From: an uncultured virus (IMG/VR IMGVR_UViG_3300006149_000734)
Taxonomy: Duplodnaviria; Heunggongvirae; Uroviricota; Caudoviricetes
Length of the DNA: 64,000 nucleotides
Direction: 5' to 3' (one strand)
Virus record (IMG/VR): IMGVR_UViG_3300006149_000734
Made by a program: the position numbers and the translations under genes. Numbering within the stretch: position 1 is the first letter of the stretch; the number at the start of each line of letters is the position of its first letter. The notes beneath the pieces were generated by a model. The model worked only from the letters and a program-made list of their open reading frames with translations. It had not been told where the DNA came from and did no database searches. Positions 17,781 through 28,408 of the stretch are shown here, in pieces.

Positions 17781-19151
17781 TTAAGATTCCCTCGTTACGT
17801 CCGTGCCGCACATTCGGAAAGCGACTGTGTAGCTGTCCGTCTCAATGGTCACGCCGCCGCTCCCTGCGCCCAGCGTCTGGTGGGTCTGCGGCTTTGTCCC
17901 GGTTGGCGTAGCGGCTACCTCGTAGCCCTGTGCGCCGATTTCCGGGCTGATCGCCGCCTGTCCCGCCGCTGTGCGTATCTGCGGGGCGGGATGCCGGCCG
18001 GCTTCGCTGTCGGTGGCTTTCGTGGCGGGGTGCTGTGCGCTGTACGCATCTGCGCCGATGTCCGTTGCGACCTCCACCGACCTCTGCGCCAGCCTGGTGG
18101 CTTCCTGCGGCTTCGTTCCTGCAAGGTCAGCCTGTGCCGCGTACCCGCTTGCGCCCACCTCTGCGGTCACCACTGCGCCGCCTGCGTGGAACAGTGTCTG
18201 CGGGTTCGGTTTCGTGCCGGACAGGTCCGCTGTGAAGGGATGACCGTCCCCAGCGATTTCTGCAGTCACGCCCGTGTCCGCTGTGCCGCCTTTGATGTTC
18301 GTGTGCGGGTATTGCCCGGTCGTGCTTTCCTCGGACGCTGGAGGGGCTTTTGCGGCGTAACCGCCGCCGCCAATCTCCACGCCCACGCCCGTTTGCGTCT
18401 GCTGGAATACCGTGCTGGGCGGGTTCATTCTCTGCGGGTTCTCAATGCTCCCGCTGGCAAATACTGTCCCTGCCGCATCCGGCTGAATTGCCGCCGCCAG
18501 TTCGCCGATGTCCACCGTTACCAGAAGGTCGTGGAGCTGCGCCTTGACATTGATGTTCGGGCGTGTGCCGCATGGGTACTGGTTCGTCAGCCCAAAGCCG
18601 ACAAGATTCCAGCTGGTGTCCACCTCTATCGTGATGTCCACCTTGGTTTCTATCGCCGCTTCAAACGCCAGATGCGAGGGCTTTATCTCCCGGATGTAGG
18701 TGAAAATCTTTGCATAATTCAGCGGGTTCTTCCCGGAAGGGTGCAGGATCACCTCGAAGCGGTACGGTCCCACAAAATCGTTGACCTCCACCTCGCCGTC
18801 CGTGCCGCCGATCAGCGCGGTCACGCCCCTGCGGATGACCTCCGGGTTGATGGGCTTCACGCCCACGATTTTCGAGAGGATTCTCTGCCGTCTGTATGCC
18901 AGCGGGAGCGTTTCGTCCGGCTCGATGCCGTACACCCATTCCCAGATGGCTACGCTCCATGTGCAAGTCTGCGGGTGGATTTCGTTCTGTAATCCCTCTG
19001 CCCATTCCCGCATTTCGTCCCATTCCCGACCGATGACCTCGTATATCCACAGCCCGGTGTAGGAATTGCTGTAAAAGCCTTTGGTCACCATTCCCAGGAA
19101 TGTTTCTGCTTCCGGGCTTTGGATGATGGTGTCAAGGTCAGGCTTGGACAT
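17781..19151 (-). CDS. Baseplate wedge protein (DUF2313/YmfQ-like) with repeated extension
   Basis: WEWVYGI..RRQRI, IKPSHL; GTKP-type repeats. Confidence 0.75.
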   Translation of the reverse strand: MSKPDLDTIIQSPEAETFLGMVTKGFYSNSYTGLWIYEVIGREWDEMREWAEGLQNEIHPQTCTWSVAIWEWVYGIEPDETLPLAYRRQRILSKIVGVKPINPEVIRRGVTALIGGTDGEVEVNDFVGPYRFEVILHPSGKNPLNYAKIFTYIREIKPSHLAFEAAIETKVDITIEVDTSWNLVGFGLTNQYPCGTRPNINVKAQLHDLLVTVDIGELAAAIQPDAAGTVFASGSIENPQRMNPPSTVFQQTQTGVGVEIGGGGYAAKAPPASEESTTGQYPHTNIKGGTADTGVTAEIAGDGHPFTADLSGTKPNPQTLFHAGGAVVTAEVGASGYAAQADLAGTKPQEATRLAQRSVEVATDIGADAYSAQHPATKATDSEAGRHPAPQIRTAAGQAAISPEIGAQGYEVAATPTGTKPQTHQTLGAGSGGVTIETDSYTVAFRMCGTDVTRES

Positions 19152-20373
19152 TGAGCGTCACCTCCCCGGTCACAGGGTACTGTACCTGGGTGATGGCGAT
19201 GTTCACCGTGCCGCCGTTGACTGTCAGCCCTGTGTAATCCTTCACGCCGCTGGTTTTGGCGAGGACAGCCCCGACCTGCACCCAGCGGATGTAGCCTGTG
19301 TGTTCTGCCGGGTTGTCCGTAGCTTCCTGCCCGACCTCCAGCCAGTATTTGTCCAGATTCTCCCGGAACCGTTTTTCAATCGTGCCGATGTCCTCCCCGG
19401 AATCAATCAGGACGTTTGCCTTGATGTCCACTGTCAGCCCTGCAGGGGCTATCACGGTCAGATGCGCTCCGATTGGCATCAGCCGCGCCGGATCACGTTC
19501 TCCTGTCCCCGCTATGTGGAGGTAGACCGCATCCAGAATCTGCTGGTTCGCCGGAACGCCGTTGCTGTCAATGATGATCAGCCGCACCGCTCCTGCGCAC
19601 TTCTCGTTCCCGTACAGGTCTGTGTAGTGCCATTTCTCCGGCAGAGACGGGTCGTTCCACTCCGGGTCTACGATGACCTGTCCGACCGCTGCGACCTCTT
19701 TTCCCCATCGGACGTAGTCTGCGTTGCAGCCTGTCATGGACGTGCCGTTGCGCATTGCGTCCAGTATCCGCTTCTTGTAGTCATCGTCCGTTTCGGCTTC
19801 TACGCCGCCCGTCATGTTCTCCGGGTTCGTGAGGTAGCTGATCCCGGTCAGCGGCTTCACCATCAGCTTGATGGTGTCCCGCGCCACGTTGCCGATCTGA
19901 CCGCCGTCAACCGCCCGGATGTCCATCTCGACCGTGACCAGCCCGCTGCTGTCCGGCGTACCGTCCAGAACGGTCGCTCCAACGGCTTCAAAAATCACGC
20001 TTGCGGTCAGGTTTGCCGGGGTTGCGAATTGGTAGCCAGACGGAATAATCGTGCCGACTTTGCCTGTGACCGCCAGTTTGCCGCTTGCGTGGTTCGCTGG
20101 CTTGCGGAAGCAGTTCACCTTTTCCCCGTGCAAATCCAGCCACTCGCCGTATGACCACTGCACAAAAATCAGCTTTATGGTCTCGTTCATCGTGAATTCC
20201 GCAAACTCCGCTTTCTCCAGTGCGGACGGGCGGGTGAAATCCCACGGGATGTTGCCCTGGCTCTTGTCTATGTCGGCTGGCAGATTTTCAAGCATACGGC
20301 TGTGTATCTGGTCTGCGCTCTGCCCCTGTAAAAAGGGCGGCGGTGTGTATGGGTAGCTGTATTCGTCTGCCAC
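19138..20373 (-). CDS. Baseplate J/XkdT-like protein
   Basis: GEWLD, GGVEAETDDDY, PIGA motifs. Confidence 0.9.
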   Translation of the reverse strand: MADEYSYPYTPPPFLQGQSADQIHSRMLENLPADIDKSQGNIPWDFTRPSALEKAEFAEFTMNETIKLIFVQWSYGEWLDLHGEKVNCFRKPANHASGKLAVTGKVGTIIPSGYQFATPANLTASVIFEAVGATVLDGTPDSSGLVTVEMDIRAVDGGQIGNVARDTIKLMVKPLTGISYLTNPENMTGGVEAETDDDYKKRILDAMRNGTSMTGCNADYVRWGKEVAAVGQVIVDPEWNDPSLPEKWHYTDLYGNEKCAGAVRLIIIDSNGVPANQQILDAVYLHIAGTGERDPARLMPIGAHLTVIAPAGLTVDIKANVLIDSGEDIGTIEKRFRENLDKYWLEVGQEATDNPAEHTGYIRWVQVGAVLAKTSGVKDYTGLTVNGGTVNIAITQVQYPVTGEVTLNVQA

Positions 20374-20391
20374 TCCCTGTCACCTCCTTCG

Positions 20392-20844
20392 CTATGTGTT
20401 CAGTTTTGCCTTGATGCTTGCCGTGTCCCCGTCCGTTCCGACCGCCACGCATTCAATCCACAGGCTGTCCGCTTCCCAGTTGAAAACGAAATCCCGCACC
20501 TGTGCGGTGCGCCCCATTGGGTCTGCCAGCAGTGCTTCAGTTATCGTGCGCTCGAACGCGCTTTCCGTTGCTTTCCTGTCCGGCTCTTTGAACGCTTCCT
20601 CGGCTTCTATGCCCTCGTTCGAGTTGTAGCCCAGGTGCGCCCATCTCTGCGTCAGGATGGACTTGGTACACCACAGCACCCATGCGTCTTTCCCGCTGCT
20701 GTAGAGCAGTTTGTTCGCTCCGTCCGCTACGAAGTCCCCGGCTTCTACGTCCCACATCGGGGCCGGCGGGTATTTGTTCTGTGCTTCCGTTTCCCCTGCC
20801 AGCGCGGACGGAACGTCAAAAACCGGGAATAAATTGTTTGACAT
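20392..20844 (-). CDS. XkdS/DUF2634-like baseplate protein
   Basis: ITEALL motif; directly upstream of baseplate J. Confidence 0.8.
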   Translation of the reverse strand: MSNNLFPVFDVPSALAGETEAQNKYPPAPMWDVEAGDFVADGANKLLYSSGKDAWVLWCTKSILTQRWAHLGYNSNEGIEAEEAFKEPDRKATESAFERTITEALLADPMGRTAQVRDFVFNWEADSLWIECVAVGTDGDTASIKAKLNT

Positions 20845-20977
20845 TGAATCCCTCCTGTCTGCCGCCCGTCAGATGCGCCGAGTTTGGCGGCAGGGCGGCT
20901 CTTTGGCGCGGTTTATCTCTCTACCCGATTGTTTATACCCTGGCGGGGAAGGGCGGCTTCCTGCGCCGCTGTGTGCG

Positions 20978-21496
20978 TCACACGGCGGTTGCCGGGAGAA
21001 CAAGGTCTACAACCACCGCGTCATCGCCCACCCACGCCACCAGCACCCGGTCTCCGGGCTTTATGCTGCGCATCTTCTCCGGGATCAGGACGTGGTGCTG
21101 GTGCATTCCGTCCGCACTGTCCCCGCCAGCAGTCCGCGCCGATGGGATGGGCGGGTCTGGTGCGGCACTGGTTGCTTCCCCCGTTGTGCCTGTGACTTTG
21201 CCGCCGTGATGGTCACAGGTGAGGTCATGCGTTTTGTGGATATGGGAGCCGCTGTGCGGCATCCCTATGTCCTGCGTCTTTGCGAGGATGTTGTGCGTTG
21301 GTCCCAGCGTCACCTGTCTGCACACCATGTAGTCTTTCTGCGGTATCGGCTTTGGGAATCGGTTTGTCAGGAGGCTCATGTCCCCCTGGATCACGCCGAA
21401 ATCCAGCACCTGCGGCTTGTCTCCCATTTGGCTCATCCTGCCCTGCAGGACACCCGCCAGCCTGTTGATTCCCTCGTTGCCCATCGTATCGTCCAT
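20978..21496 (-). CDS. XkdR-like tail spike protein with His-rich insert
   Basis: KPGDRVLV motif; position. Confidence 0.65.
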   Translation of the reverse strand: MDDTMGNEGINRLAGVLQGRMSQMGDKPQVLDFGVIQGDMSLLTNRFPKPIPQKDYMVCRQVTLGPTHNILAKTQDIGMPHSGSHIHKTHDLTCDHHGGKVTGTTGEATSAAPDPPIPSARTAGGDSADGMHQHHVLIPEKMRSIKPGDRVLVAWVGDDAVVVDLVLPATAV

Positions 21497-21506
21497 GCTC
21501 CACCTC

Positions 21507-22745
21507 CTACGCCTTTGTGATTTCGTTCGGGTACACCCAGCCTATCCCGCCGACATGGTACGGGCAGGGGCGGTTAAGCGGCGCGACTATGGTAATCGTG
21601 GACTTGTAATTGGTGAAGGTGCGCCCCTTGCCGTTGCCGTAGCTGTCCACATAAACGGGGCCGTTTAGGATGATTGCGTCCCCTTTCTGGAAGCCCGTAT
21701 CCTGCTTTTGCTCCTCCTGCTTCTTTGCGCTTGTTGACGCTGCGGGGGGCTGGCGCATCAGCGTCATAGTCATCTGCTTTGTGGTGGCGTTATGGGAAAC
21801 GCCGAGGACGCAGAACATCCCAGACAGGTTTCCGGCTTGCACCTCCACGGCATCGCCTTTTCGCAGGAAGGGAAGGTCTGCGGACGTGACCATGATGGAT
21901 TCCTCCGGCTGCCCCCGCTCCTTCAGCGTCTGCTCCGCTTCGGTCTTTGCCTTGCCGATGTCCTTGTCATCATCCCTGCGGATGACCTCCTGCAGAACGC
22001 CGAAGTCCAGATTGCCGTCTATGACGGCTTCCACGCTCGACCGCCCGTCATCGTCTGCCTTGCCGAGAATTTTCACCCGCGTCACGAGGTTGTTCATGCT
22101 CAGCTTGTCGCTGGTGCTTATCGTGGCGGGGTAATCAAACAGGTACACGTCTGTGTTTGTGCCGTAGTCCGCTATGACCAGCTTGCCGTCCTTGTAAATT
22201 GCGACATACTTTGTTCCCGTCTGCTGCCGGACTTCCTCCAGCAGTTTGATGATCATGTCGCTCACGGTCTCGCAGTTGAACACCTTTTTTTCGTGGGTTA
22301 TCTGCTGGCTCCACTGGTAGTCCACCGTCACGCCCCATTCCCCGCAGATTGCGTTGAGGATGGCGGGAGTGGACATTCCTGCGGAAAAATAATAAAAATC
22401 CTTGCTCTGCTGCAGCCGGATCATCGGGTCGTAGACGATGATGCTGTGGTCTTGCTTTGCGGAACGGTTGTACTGCCATTCCCAGATTGTCCCCTCGAAC
22501 AGTTTCTGCACCCCTGCGCCCCAGTTGGCGTGAATGCGGATGATGCGGTTGATTTTCAGCAGGGAACGGATGAGCGCGCCGTTTTCGGTGGAATGCGAGG
22601 AAATGGTGATTGTGGCTTTCTGCGCCAGCTGCCCCTCCTGTTCCTCCCATGCAAGCGTCTGGATGGCGTTGTCGAGTTCGTAGATGTCCCCAGTTTCGGT
22701 TATCAGTTCCACAAAATACTGCACCTGTGCGATATCCACGTCCAT
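21507..22745 (-). CDS. XkdQ-like baseplate hub protein
   Basis: Size and position; LFEG, VTRVKILG. Confidence 0.8.
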   Translation of the reverse strand: MDVDIAQVQYFVELITETGDIYELDNAIQTLAWEEQEGQLAQKATITISSHSTENGALIRSLLKINRIIRIHANWGAGVQKLFEGTIWEWQYNRSAKQDHSIIVYDPMIRLQQSKDFYYFSAGMSTPAILNAICGEWGVTVDYQWSQQITHEKKVFNCETVSDMIIKLLEEVRQQTGTKYVAIYKDGKLVIADYGTNTDVYLFDYPATISTSDKLSMNNLVTRVKILGKADDDGRSSVEAVIDGNLDFGVLQEVIRRDDDKDIGKAKTEAEQTLKERGQPEESIMVTSADLPFLRKGDAVEVQAGNLSGMFCVLGVSHNATTKQMTMTLMRQPPAASTSAKKQEEQKQDTGFQKGDAIILNGPVYVDSYGNGKGRTFTNYKSTITIVAPLNRPCPYHVGGIGWVYPNEITKA

Positions 22746-22761
22746 TTTTTGCGCCCTCCTT

Positions 22762-23448
22762 TCAGCTTGGAATCGTCAGCACCTGTCCGGGGTAAATGGT
22801 GTATTTCGGCATACTGTGTTGCTGGTTTCTTGGGTCTATAACGCCCTTGTTTGCATCGTAGAGTTTGGCGTAATTTGCCCCGCCCAGCCCCATTTGCTGT
22901 GCAATCGACCACAGGCAGTCCCCTTTTTTCACCGTGTAGGTCTGCGCTGGCGGGGGAGATGTCCGCTCTGCGTTTTCTGCTGGCGGTGCGTTCTTCAGCG
23001 GCACAGGCATCGCTGTTTTGTCCGACTTGCGGATGATGATGTCCCTTGCCTGTACCAGCGTTATGGTGTAGTTGATGTCCCCGTACCCGCCTGTGGGCGT
23101 TGCCGTGAAATTGGACAGGTAAACATCGCAGTTGACTGGCGTTTCGGTTATCAGAAGCCGCGCCTTTATCGGTTTGTCGTTTACCACTTTCAGCCCGTTG
23201 AGCCAGTTGTAAACGGCTTTCGGGTCTTTCCATGCCCGGATGTACGGGTCATTCCTCCGGGCTGCGCCCGGAAGAATGCCGCTCCAGCTGAAGCTGTCAG
23301 CCGATGTGCCGCTGGGGATTTTGACTTCCCCGATGCGGAGGATGCTGTAAGTTGCGAATTGGTGTGCTATCTTCACGCTCACCTCTGGGGGAAGCATGGG
23401 GAATTGCAGCCTGTCGCTTGTTGTCAGGTTCGTCAGGTAAATATCCAC
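22762..23448 (-). CDS. LysM-domain tail protein (XkdP-like)
   Basis: YTVKKGDCLWSIA..IYPGQVLTIP. Confidence 0.9.
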   Translation of the reverse strand: MDIYLTNLTTSDRLQFPMLPPEVSVKIAHQFATYSILRIGEVKIPSGTSADSFSWSGILPGAARRNDPYIRAWKDPKAVYNWLNGLKVVNDKPIKARLLITETPVNCDVYLSNFTATPTGGYGDINYTITLVQARDIIIRKSDKTAMPVPLKNAPPAENAERTSPPPAQTYTVKKGDCLWSIAQQMGLGGANYAKLYDANKGVIDPRNQQHSMPKYTIYPGQVLTIPS

Positions 23449-23458
23449 GCTCCACCTC

Positions 23459-26400
23459 CTACCACGCCGCTGTCGGCGTGTTTGCGTATGCCTGTTGAAT
23501 CGCTATCGCCAGTTGGTATGCGATTTCGTCCGTCATTCCACGGACGTTTTCCTTGATGGTTTCCACCAGTGCTTGCGGGTCCTGCGCTCCCGCTCCGTCC
23601 ACGTTGACCTCAAAGGTCAGGTTCTGTATCGTGATTGGTGGGAGTGCCGCCATGCCCTGCCCTGCGCCGCCGCTGGGAGACGGGCTGCCGTTGCCGCCGT
23701 CCGGGTCTGGTAAATCCGGCCAGCCGTCCGGGTTCCAGTCATTCGGGTCTGGTTCGTCCGGCTCTGGTTCGCCAGCTATGCCGCCGTTTGCGTATGGCTG
23801 AACGCCCAGCTTTTCCCCGGTCTGTTCCCAGAGTTCGATGCCGCGCTTCCTGCGCTTTCCGGACAGCGGGATGATGGCTTCTGCGCCGTCCTCTGCGACC
23901 AGCCCCACATGGGGCCTTGTCATGATACCGCCCTCTGCGTGTTTGGCTGTGGCGGCGTTGTATCCTGCGCTTGCGCTGCCCGTCACCTTGTCCCAGATCC
24001 CGCCGAAGAAGCCGGAGACTTTCTCCCCCAGTCTGCTGAAGAATCCGCTGATGCTCTCTCCGATGCTGGAGATGGCGTTCGGGACGGATTCGGTGAAGAA
24101 GCTCACGATGCCGTCCCACAGGTCGCTGAAAAATCCCGGAATGCTCTCCGTGAAGAATGTCTTTAGGGCTTCACCCACGGTTTCCAGTGCCTGTGGCACG
24201 GTCTCCGTGAAGAATCCCGTTATACCTTCCCAAACGTCCGAGAAAAACTGCGGCACTGTTTCAGTGAAAAACGTTGTCAGTGCTTCCCCGACCGTTGTCA
24301 ATGCTGCCGGGACGGTCTCCGTGAAAAAGCCTGTCACGCCGTCCCAAAGGTTGCCGAAAAACTCCGGCACAGTCACAGTGAAGAAGTTTCCGACCGCCGC
24401 CCCTGCCGTTGCGATGGCGTTCGGTACGGTCTCCGTGAAAAAGGTTGTAATGCCCGTGACCAGTTCATTGAATTTCTCCGGCACGGTTTCGGTAAAGAAT
24501 ACCTGTATCTTTCCTGCGGCGTAGCCGATGGCGTAGGGGACGCTCTCTGTGAAGAACGATGTAATTCCTTCTCGGAGTTCATCAAACTTTTGAGGAATCG
24601 TTTCCGTGAAGAAACCCGTCACCTTTTCCTTTGCGCTGTTGATGGCGTTCGGGACGGATTCGGTGAAGAAGCCTTTTGCGCCCTCCACAACCTGTCCGAA
24701 TTTCTCCGGGACGGTCTCCGTGAAAAAGCCCTTGATTGCGCCCCCAGCGGTTGAGAGTGCCTTGGCGATGTTCGAGCCGCCTATCGCCGCTCCAAGTGCG
24801 CCCACGCCGGCCCCGACTGCGCCGCCGATGGCAGTGCCTACGCCGGGGATAATCGAGCCGATAGCCGCGCCCAACCCTGCGCCTTTGAGTGCGCCGCCGC
24901 CAATGTCGAGAGCCTTTTTCCCTGCGCTCTCATCGCCGAGGATGCCGTTGCCCGTGCCGCCGAGGGCTGCGCCCACGCCGGATGCGACCTTTGCGCCTGT
25001 GCTGTCCGATCCAGTCCACTCCTGCGCCATGCCTACGCCTTTTTTCGCGTCTGCGCCCATCGCTATCAGGGAGCCTACGCCGGCCGCTATCGGCATGGCT
25101 TTGGTTGCAAACTGCCCGACTTTGGATGCGCCGCTTGCCAGTTGTGTCCCGAATTTAACGCCATGTCCCAGTGCGCCGTTCTGCGCAAAGGACAGCGCAC
25201 TCTGCGCCGCTGAACCGCCGCTCTTTGCCGCTCCGAAAATCCGCATTCCCTCGCTGATTCCCGTTACGTTACCCACGGCTTTCACGCCGTTGTAGATGGC
25301 TTTGCCGCCCCGGTACAGCTTGGACGCGCCCTTTGCGGCTTTTAATCCACCGTAGCCGAGGACAGCCGCCGACAGACCGCTTGTGCCAGACGCTTCCTTC
25401 CCTCCGGGCAGGAGGGTCATTGCGTCTTTCGCAAGGCTTTTCAGCCCCTCTTTGATTGCCTGGACGATGGCTTCTCCGACTTCCTTGCCGTTGAAGCCCT
25501 CTGCGAATGCGCTTGCGAAGGATTTTCCGATGCTCACGCCGTCTGCGGCTACGCCGCCTACGTCAATGCCCAGAAGCCCCATGATGCCGTCATGGAGGGC
25601 TGTCCCCAGTCCTGCGCCCACGCTCTCTGCGATGCCAGCCAGCCATGCCTTGCCTGTGCCGTTCCACCACTCGGAGAACGGCTCCACGATGATTTTGTCC
25701 CACGCCAGCTTGATTTTCTCCCACAGGGAACCGGCGTTTTTCCACTCCGGGCTTGCGGTCAGTTCTTTCACGGACGCTATGATGCCGTCAATCTTCCCGG
25801 TGACAAAGTCTACCGCCTGTCCGACTGCGCTTTCGATGTCCGGCATATGCGCCGTTACCCAATCCACCAGCCCCTTAGCGTAAGGCTGCAGTTTCTCTCC
25901 GATGGCGATTTTCACGCCCTCGGCTGCGCTCTGGAGAAGGGTAAGGGAGCCAGCCAGATTGTCCAGCTGAACATCTGCCATGTTCTGCGCTGCGCCCTCT
26001 GCGTTGCCGATTGCGTCTGCCAGTTCATTGTACCGATCTGCGCTGGTGCCAAGCAGGGCTTCCACCGATTTGAGGTCGGTCTTGTTGAATATCTCATCCA
26101 GTGCCTGTGTCTTTGCTTCGCCTGACAGGTTATTGAGCGCGCTCTGCAAATCAAGGAAGGTTTCGTTCAACGGGCGCATATTTCCCTGCGCGTCAAATGC
26201 CTGTACGCCGAGGGATTTCAGTGTCTTTGCGGCTTTGTCTGTTGGTGCGGAAAGCGAGAGGATGATGTTTCGCAGTGCTGTGCCGCCCTCCGAGCCTTTC
26301 ACGCCGTTGTCTGCGAGAACGCCCAGCATGGTGGAGAGTTCCGTCACGCCGCCCGACAGGTTCTTTGCCGTGCCGCCGACCGTCAGGAATGCTTCGCCGA

Positions 26401-27166
26401 GCTGCGCCACGCTGGTGTTGGTCTTGGATGATGTACGCGCCATCTGGTCTACCATCATGGAGGTCTGCTCCAGGGTAAGACCGAGAGCCGACTGCGCATC
26501 CGTCACCATATCCGATGCGTATGCGAGGTCTATTCCCCCTGCGGCTGCCAGGTTAAGGACGTTCGGCAGCATCGCCATTGAGGTTTCTGCGTCATACCCT
26601 GCCAGTGCCATGTAGTTTAGGGCTTCTGCCGCCTGTGTTGCAGAAAAAGCGGTTTTTGCGCCCATCTCTTTGGCGAAGTCTGTCAGCGTAGCGAGGTTCT
26701 GGCTGGCTTCCGATGCCGGGTTGTTCAGTTCCTCCACGGAATACCCCATCGTGGCGGCTACCTGTGACATTCCCGCTTCAAAATCCTTGAAGGTATTCAG
26801 CGTGTCTGCCAGGCCGAACGAGATTCCCGCGAACGCCGCCGCCTGTGCTACGGGGCTGGTTATCAGCCCCAGCACCTTCTTAAAGGGGGCGGTCACAAGG
26901 TCAACGGCTTTCATCGTGACCGTCCAGACCTTCCCGGCTATCTGCTTGCCAGCTTTCACCACGCCCTGGATGCCTTTGCTTGCCATATCCTTCAGCGTGG
27001 CGGCTACCTCCAGCTTGCTCTTGCCCTTCATGCTCTGGATTTGCTTCTGGAGGTTCATTATCGACTTCTCCAGCTTGCTGACGTTCTTTTCGGAGGTACT
27101 TGCTCCGGGTTCTGTTGCGTCTGTGACCTGTGCCACAATGTCGATAACGGTCACCGAATCGTTCAC
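23459..27166 (-). CDS. Tape measure protein
   Basis: TP901-type core (FSATQAAEA, GSEGGTALR); FFTETVP repeats. Confidence 0.95.
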   Translation of the reverse strand: MNDSVTVIDIVAQVTDATEPGASTSEKNVSKLEKSIMNLQKQIQSMKGKSKLEVAATLKDMASKGIQGVVKAGKQIAGKVWTVTMKAVDLVTAPFKKVLGLITSPVAQAAAFAGISFGLADTLNTFKDFEAGMSQVAATMGYSVEELNNPASEASQNLATLTDFAKEMGAKTAFSATQAAEALNYMALAGYDAETSMAMLPNVLNLAAAGGIDLAYASDMVTDAQSALGLTLEQTSMMVDQMARTSSKTNTSVAQLGEAFLTVGGTAKNLSGGVTELSTMLGVLADNGVKGSEGGTALRNIILSLSAPTDKAAKTLKSLGVQAFDAQGNMRPLNETFLDLQSALNNLSGEAKTQALDEIFNKTDLKSVEALLGTSADRYNELADAIGNAEGAAQNMADVQLDNLAGSLTLLQSAAEGVKIAIGEKLQPYAKGLVDWVTAHMPDIESAVGQAVDFVTGKIDGIIASVKELTASPEWKNAGSLWEKIKLAWDKIIVEPFSEWWNGTGKAWLAGIAESVGAGLGTALHDGIMGLLGIDVGGVAADGVSIGKSFASAFAEGFNGKEVGEAIVQAIKEGLKSLAKDAMTLLPGGKEASGTSGLSAAVLGYGGLKAAKGASKLYRGGKAIYNGVKAVGNVTGISEGMRIFGAAKSGGSAAQSALSFAQNGALGHGVKFGTQLASGASKVGQFATKAMPIAAGVGSLIAMGADAKKGVGMAQEWTGSDSTGAKVASGVGAALGGTGNGILGDESAGKKALDIGGGALKGAGLGAAIGSIIPGVGTAIGGAVGAGVGALGAAIGGSNIAKALSTAGGAIKGFFTETVPEKFGQVVEGAKGFFTESVPNAINSAKEKVTGFFTETIPQKFDELREGITSFFTESVPYAIGYAAGKIQVFFTETVPEKFNELVTGITTFFTETVPNAIATAGAAVGNFFTVTVPEFFGNLWDGVTGFFTETVPAALTTVGEALTTFFTETVPQFFSDVWEGITGFFTETVPQALETVGEALKTFFTESIPGFFSDLWDGIVSFFTESVPNAISSIGESISGFFSRLGEKVSGFFGGIWDKVTGSASAGYNAATAKHAEGGIMTRPHVGLVAEDGAEAIIPLSGKRRKRGIELWEQTGEKLGVQPYANGGIAGEPEPDEPDPNDWNPDGWPDLPDPDGGNGSPSPSGGAGQGMAALPPITIQNLTFEVNVDGAGAQDPQALVETIKENVRGMTDEIAYQLAIAIQQAYANTPTAAW

Positions 27167-27366
27167 CTGCGACCACCCCCTCTCACATCAAGTTTCAGCA
27201 CGGGGGCTTTTGCTTCTGTTTCCAGCGCGTCCAGCGTGTACTGCTGGTATAAAGCCCTCTCCCCGGCCGGCAGAGCCAGGTATTCCTGAATGCCGCCTAT
27301 CTGCGGGAATCTCTCGCAGACTTTCAGCATCAGGTATGTCCTGCCCCGCGCCTTTATCAGTTTTTT
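27163..27366 (-). other. -1 frameshift extension of tail assembly chaperone
   Basis: Slippery A AAA AAC at 27366..27360; -1 frame open to TGA overlapping TMP start. Confidence 0.8.
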
Positions 27367-27881
27367 GCGGTTTCCTCCATATCATCACCGTAGCCGCTGA
27401 TTTCGTTGATGACATCAATGATGCGGTCTTTCTCCCCGGAAAGCAGAACCGCGTCAATCATTTCCACGCCCTGCAGGACGTTGAGGGCTTCCTGCGCCTT
27501 TTTGTTGTCCCACAGCTTCTTCCTGTCCTCATCCACGGTAGCCGTGTAAATCAGCCAGGAACGGAACAGGGAGGTGTTTGTCTCGATTTCCCGTTTGGGC
27601 TGCCCCCGCTTGCGGGGCGCAAATTTGGTAGCGTGGTCGTGGCACTTGATGGATTCTTCCTCGGAGACCGGGCGGACGCGGAACACGAATTTCAAAGTGC
27701 CAGCGCGCTTGATCTGAATCTGGCGGTAGGTGCTTTCGTTGTCCTTCTCGTTCCCGGCTTCGATAAGCCCTCGGAGCAGGGCGTTTTCGTCCATCAGGAC
27801 TTCCTCCTGCGTAGCGGGAGTTTCTACCCCCGTTTCGGCAGCATCGTACTGTTCGGGCATGGTATTCTTTGTAGTTGCCAT
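27357..27881 (-). CDS. Tail assembly chaperone (XkdN-like)
   Basis: Between tube and TMP; LLSGE motif. Confidence 0.85.
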   Translation of the reverse strand: MATTKNTMPEQYDAAETGVETPATQEEVLMDENALLRGLIEAGNEKDNESTYRQIQIKRAGTLKFVFRVRPVSEEESIKCHDHATKFAPRKRGQPKREIETNTSLFRSWLIYTATVDEDRKKLWDNKKAQEALNVLQGVEMIDAVLLSGEKDRIIDVINEISGYGDDMEETAKN

Positions 27882-27899
27882 TTTTAGTTCCTCCTGTCT

Positions 27900-28394
27900 T
27901 TATTCAACGGTTTTCCACTCTGCTTCTTTGAAAAACTCCAGAATCTCCGGGGTGGCGTTCACGCGGAAACTCCACGCTCTCTTGATGATTTCGCCTGGGT
28001 TGAGGTTCTGAAGGTCGATTGTGCCGTCTGGGACGCAGTTGCGGTAGACCACACGCTCCGTCTGCCCGTCCCTGCGGCGCATCTTGCCCTGGAAGTCAAA
28101 GGTGGGGAAGTAGCCGTTCTGCAAATCGGCAATCAGTTCCGTCAGCATCACGTCATCCCGCACCACGGCTTCGGTCAGCGTCAGGGTGACGCTGTACCCG
28201 GTGTTTACGGCGTAAATCAGCGCGCTCCCCACGGGCTGGTAGTCCGTGTTGGCGGGGCTGATCTGCGTCTGGAACGTGTCTACTTCGGCAAGGAACAGGT
28301 TCGTTCCTGCCTTTGTGGTGACAAAAAGCCGCCCGTCCTTGCCGCTGATCAGTTTTCTTACGTCAAGCAGGCTCTGGTCGTTTAATCCATCCAT
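27900..28394 (-). CDS. Tail tube protein (XkdM-like)
   Basis: ISGKDG motif; follows sheath. Confidence 0.85.
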   Translation of the reverse strand: MDGLNDQSLLDVRKLISGKDGRLFVTTKAGTNLFLAEVDTFQTQISPANTDYQPVGSALIYAVNTGYSVTLTLTEAVVRDDVMLTELIADLQNGYFPTFDFQGKMRRRDGQTERVVYRNCVPDGTIDLQNLNPGEIIKRAWSFRVNATPEILEFFKEAEWKTVE

Positions 28395-28408
28395 CTGTCA
28401 GTCCTCCT

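Noticed and set aside
17781..18620. GTKP-type repeats as another DGR target or invertible cassette
   Set aside because: No similarity to TR, and no invertase or flanking inverted repeats seen
23990..24740. Periodic repeats as CRISPR array or second VR
   Set aside because: They encode FFTETVP helical repeats of the tape measure protein
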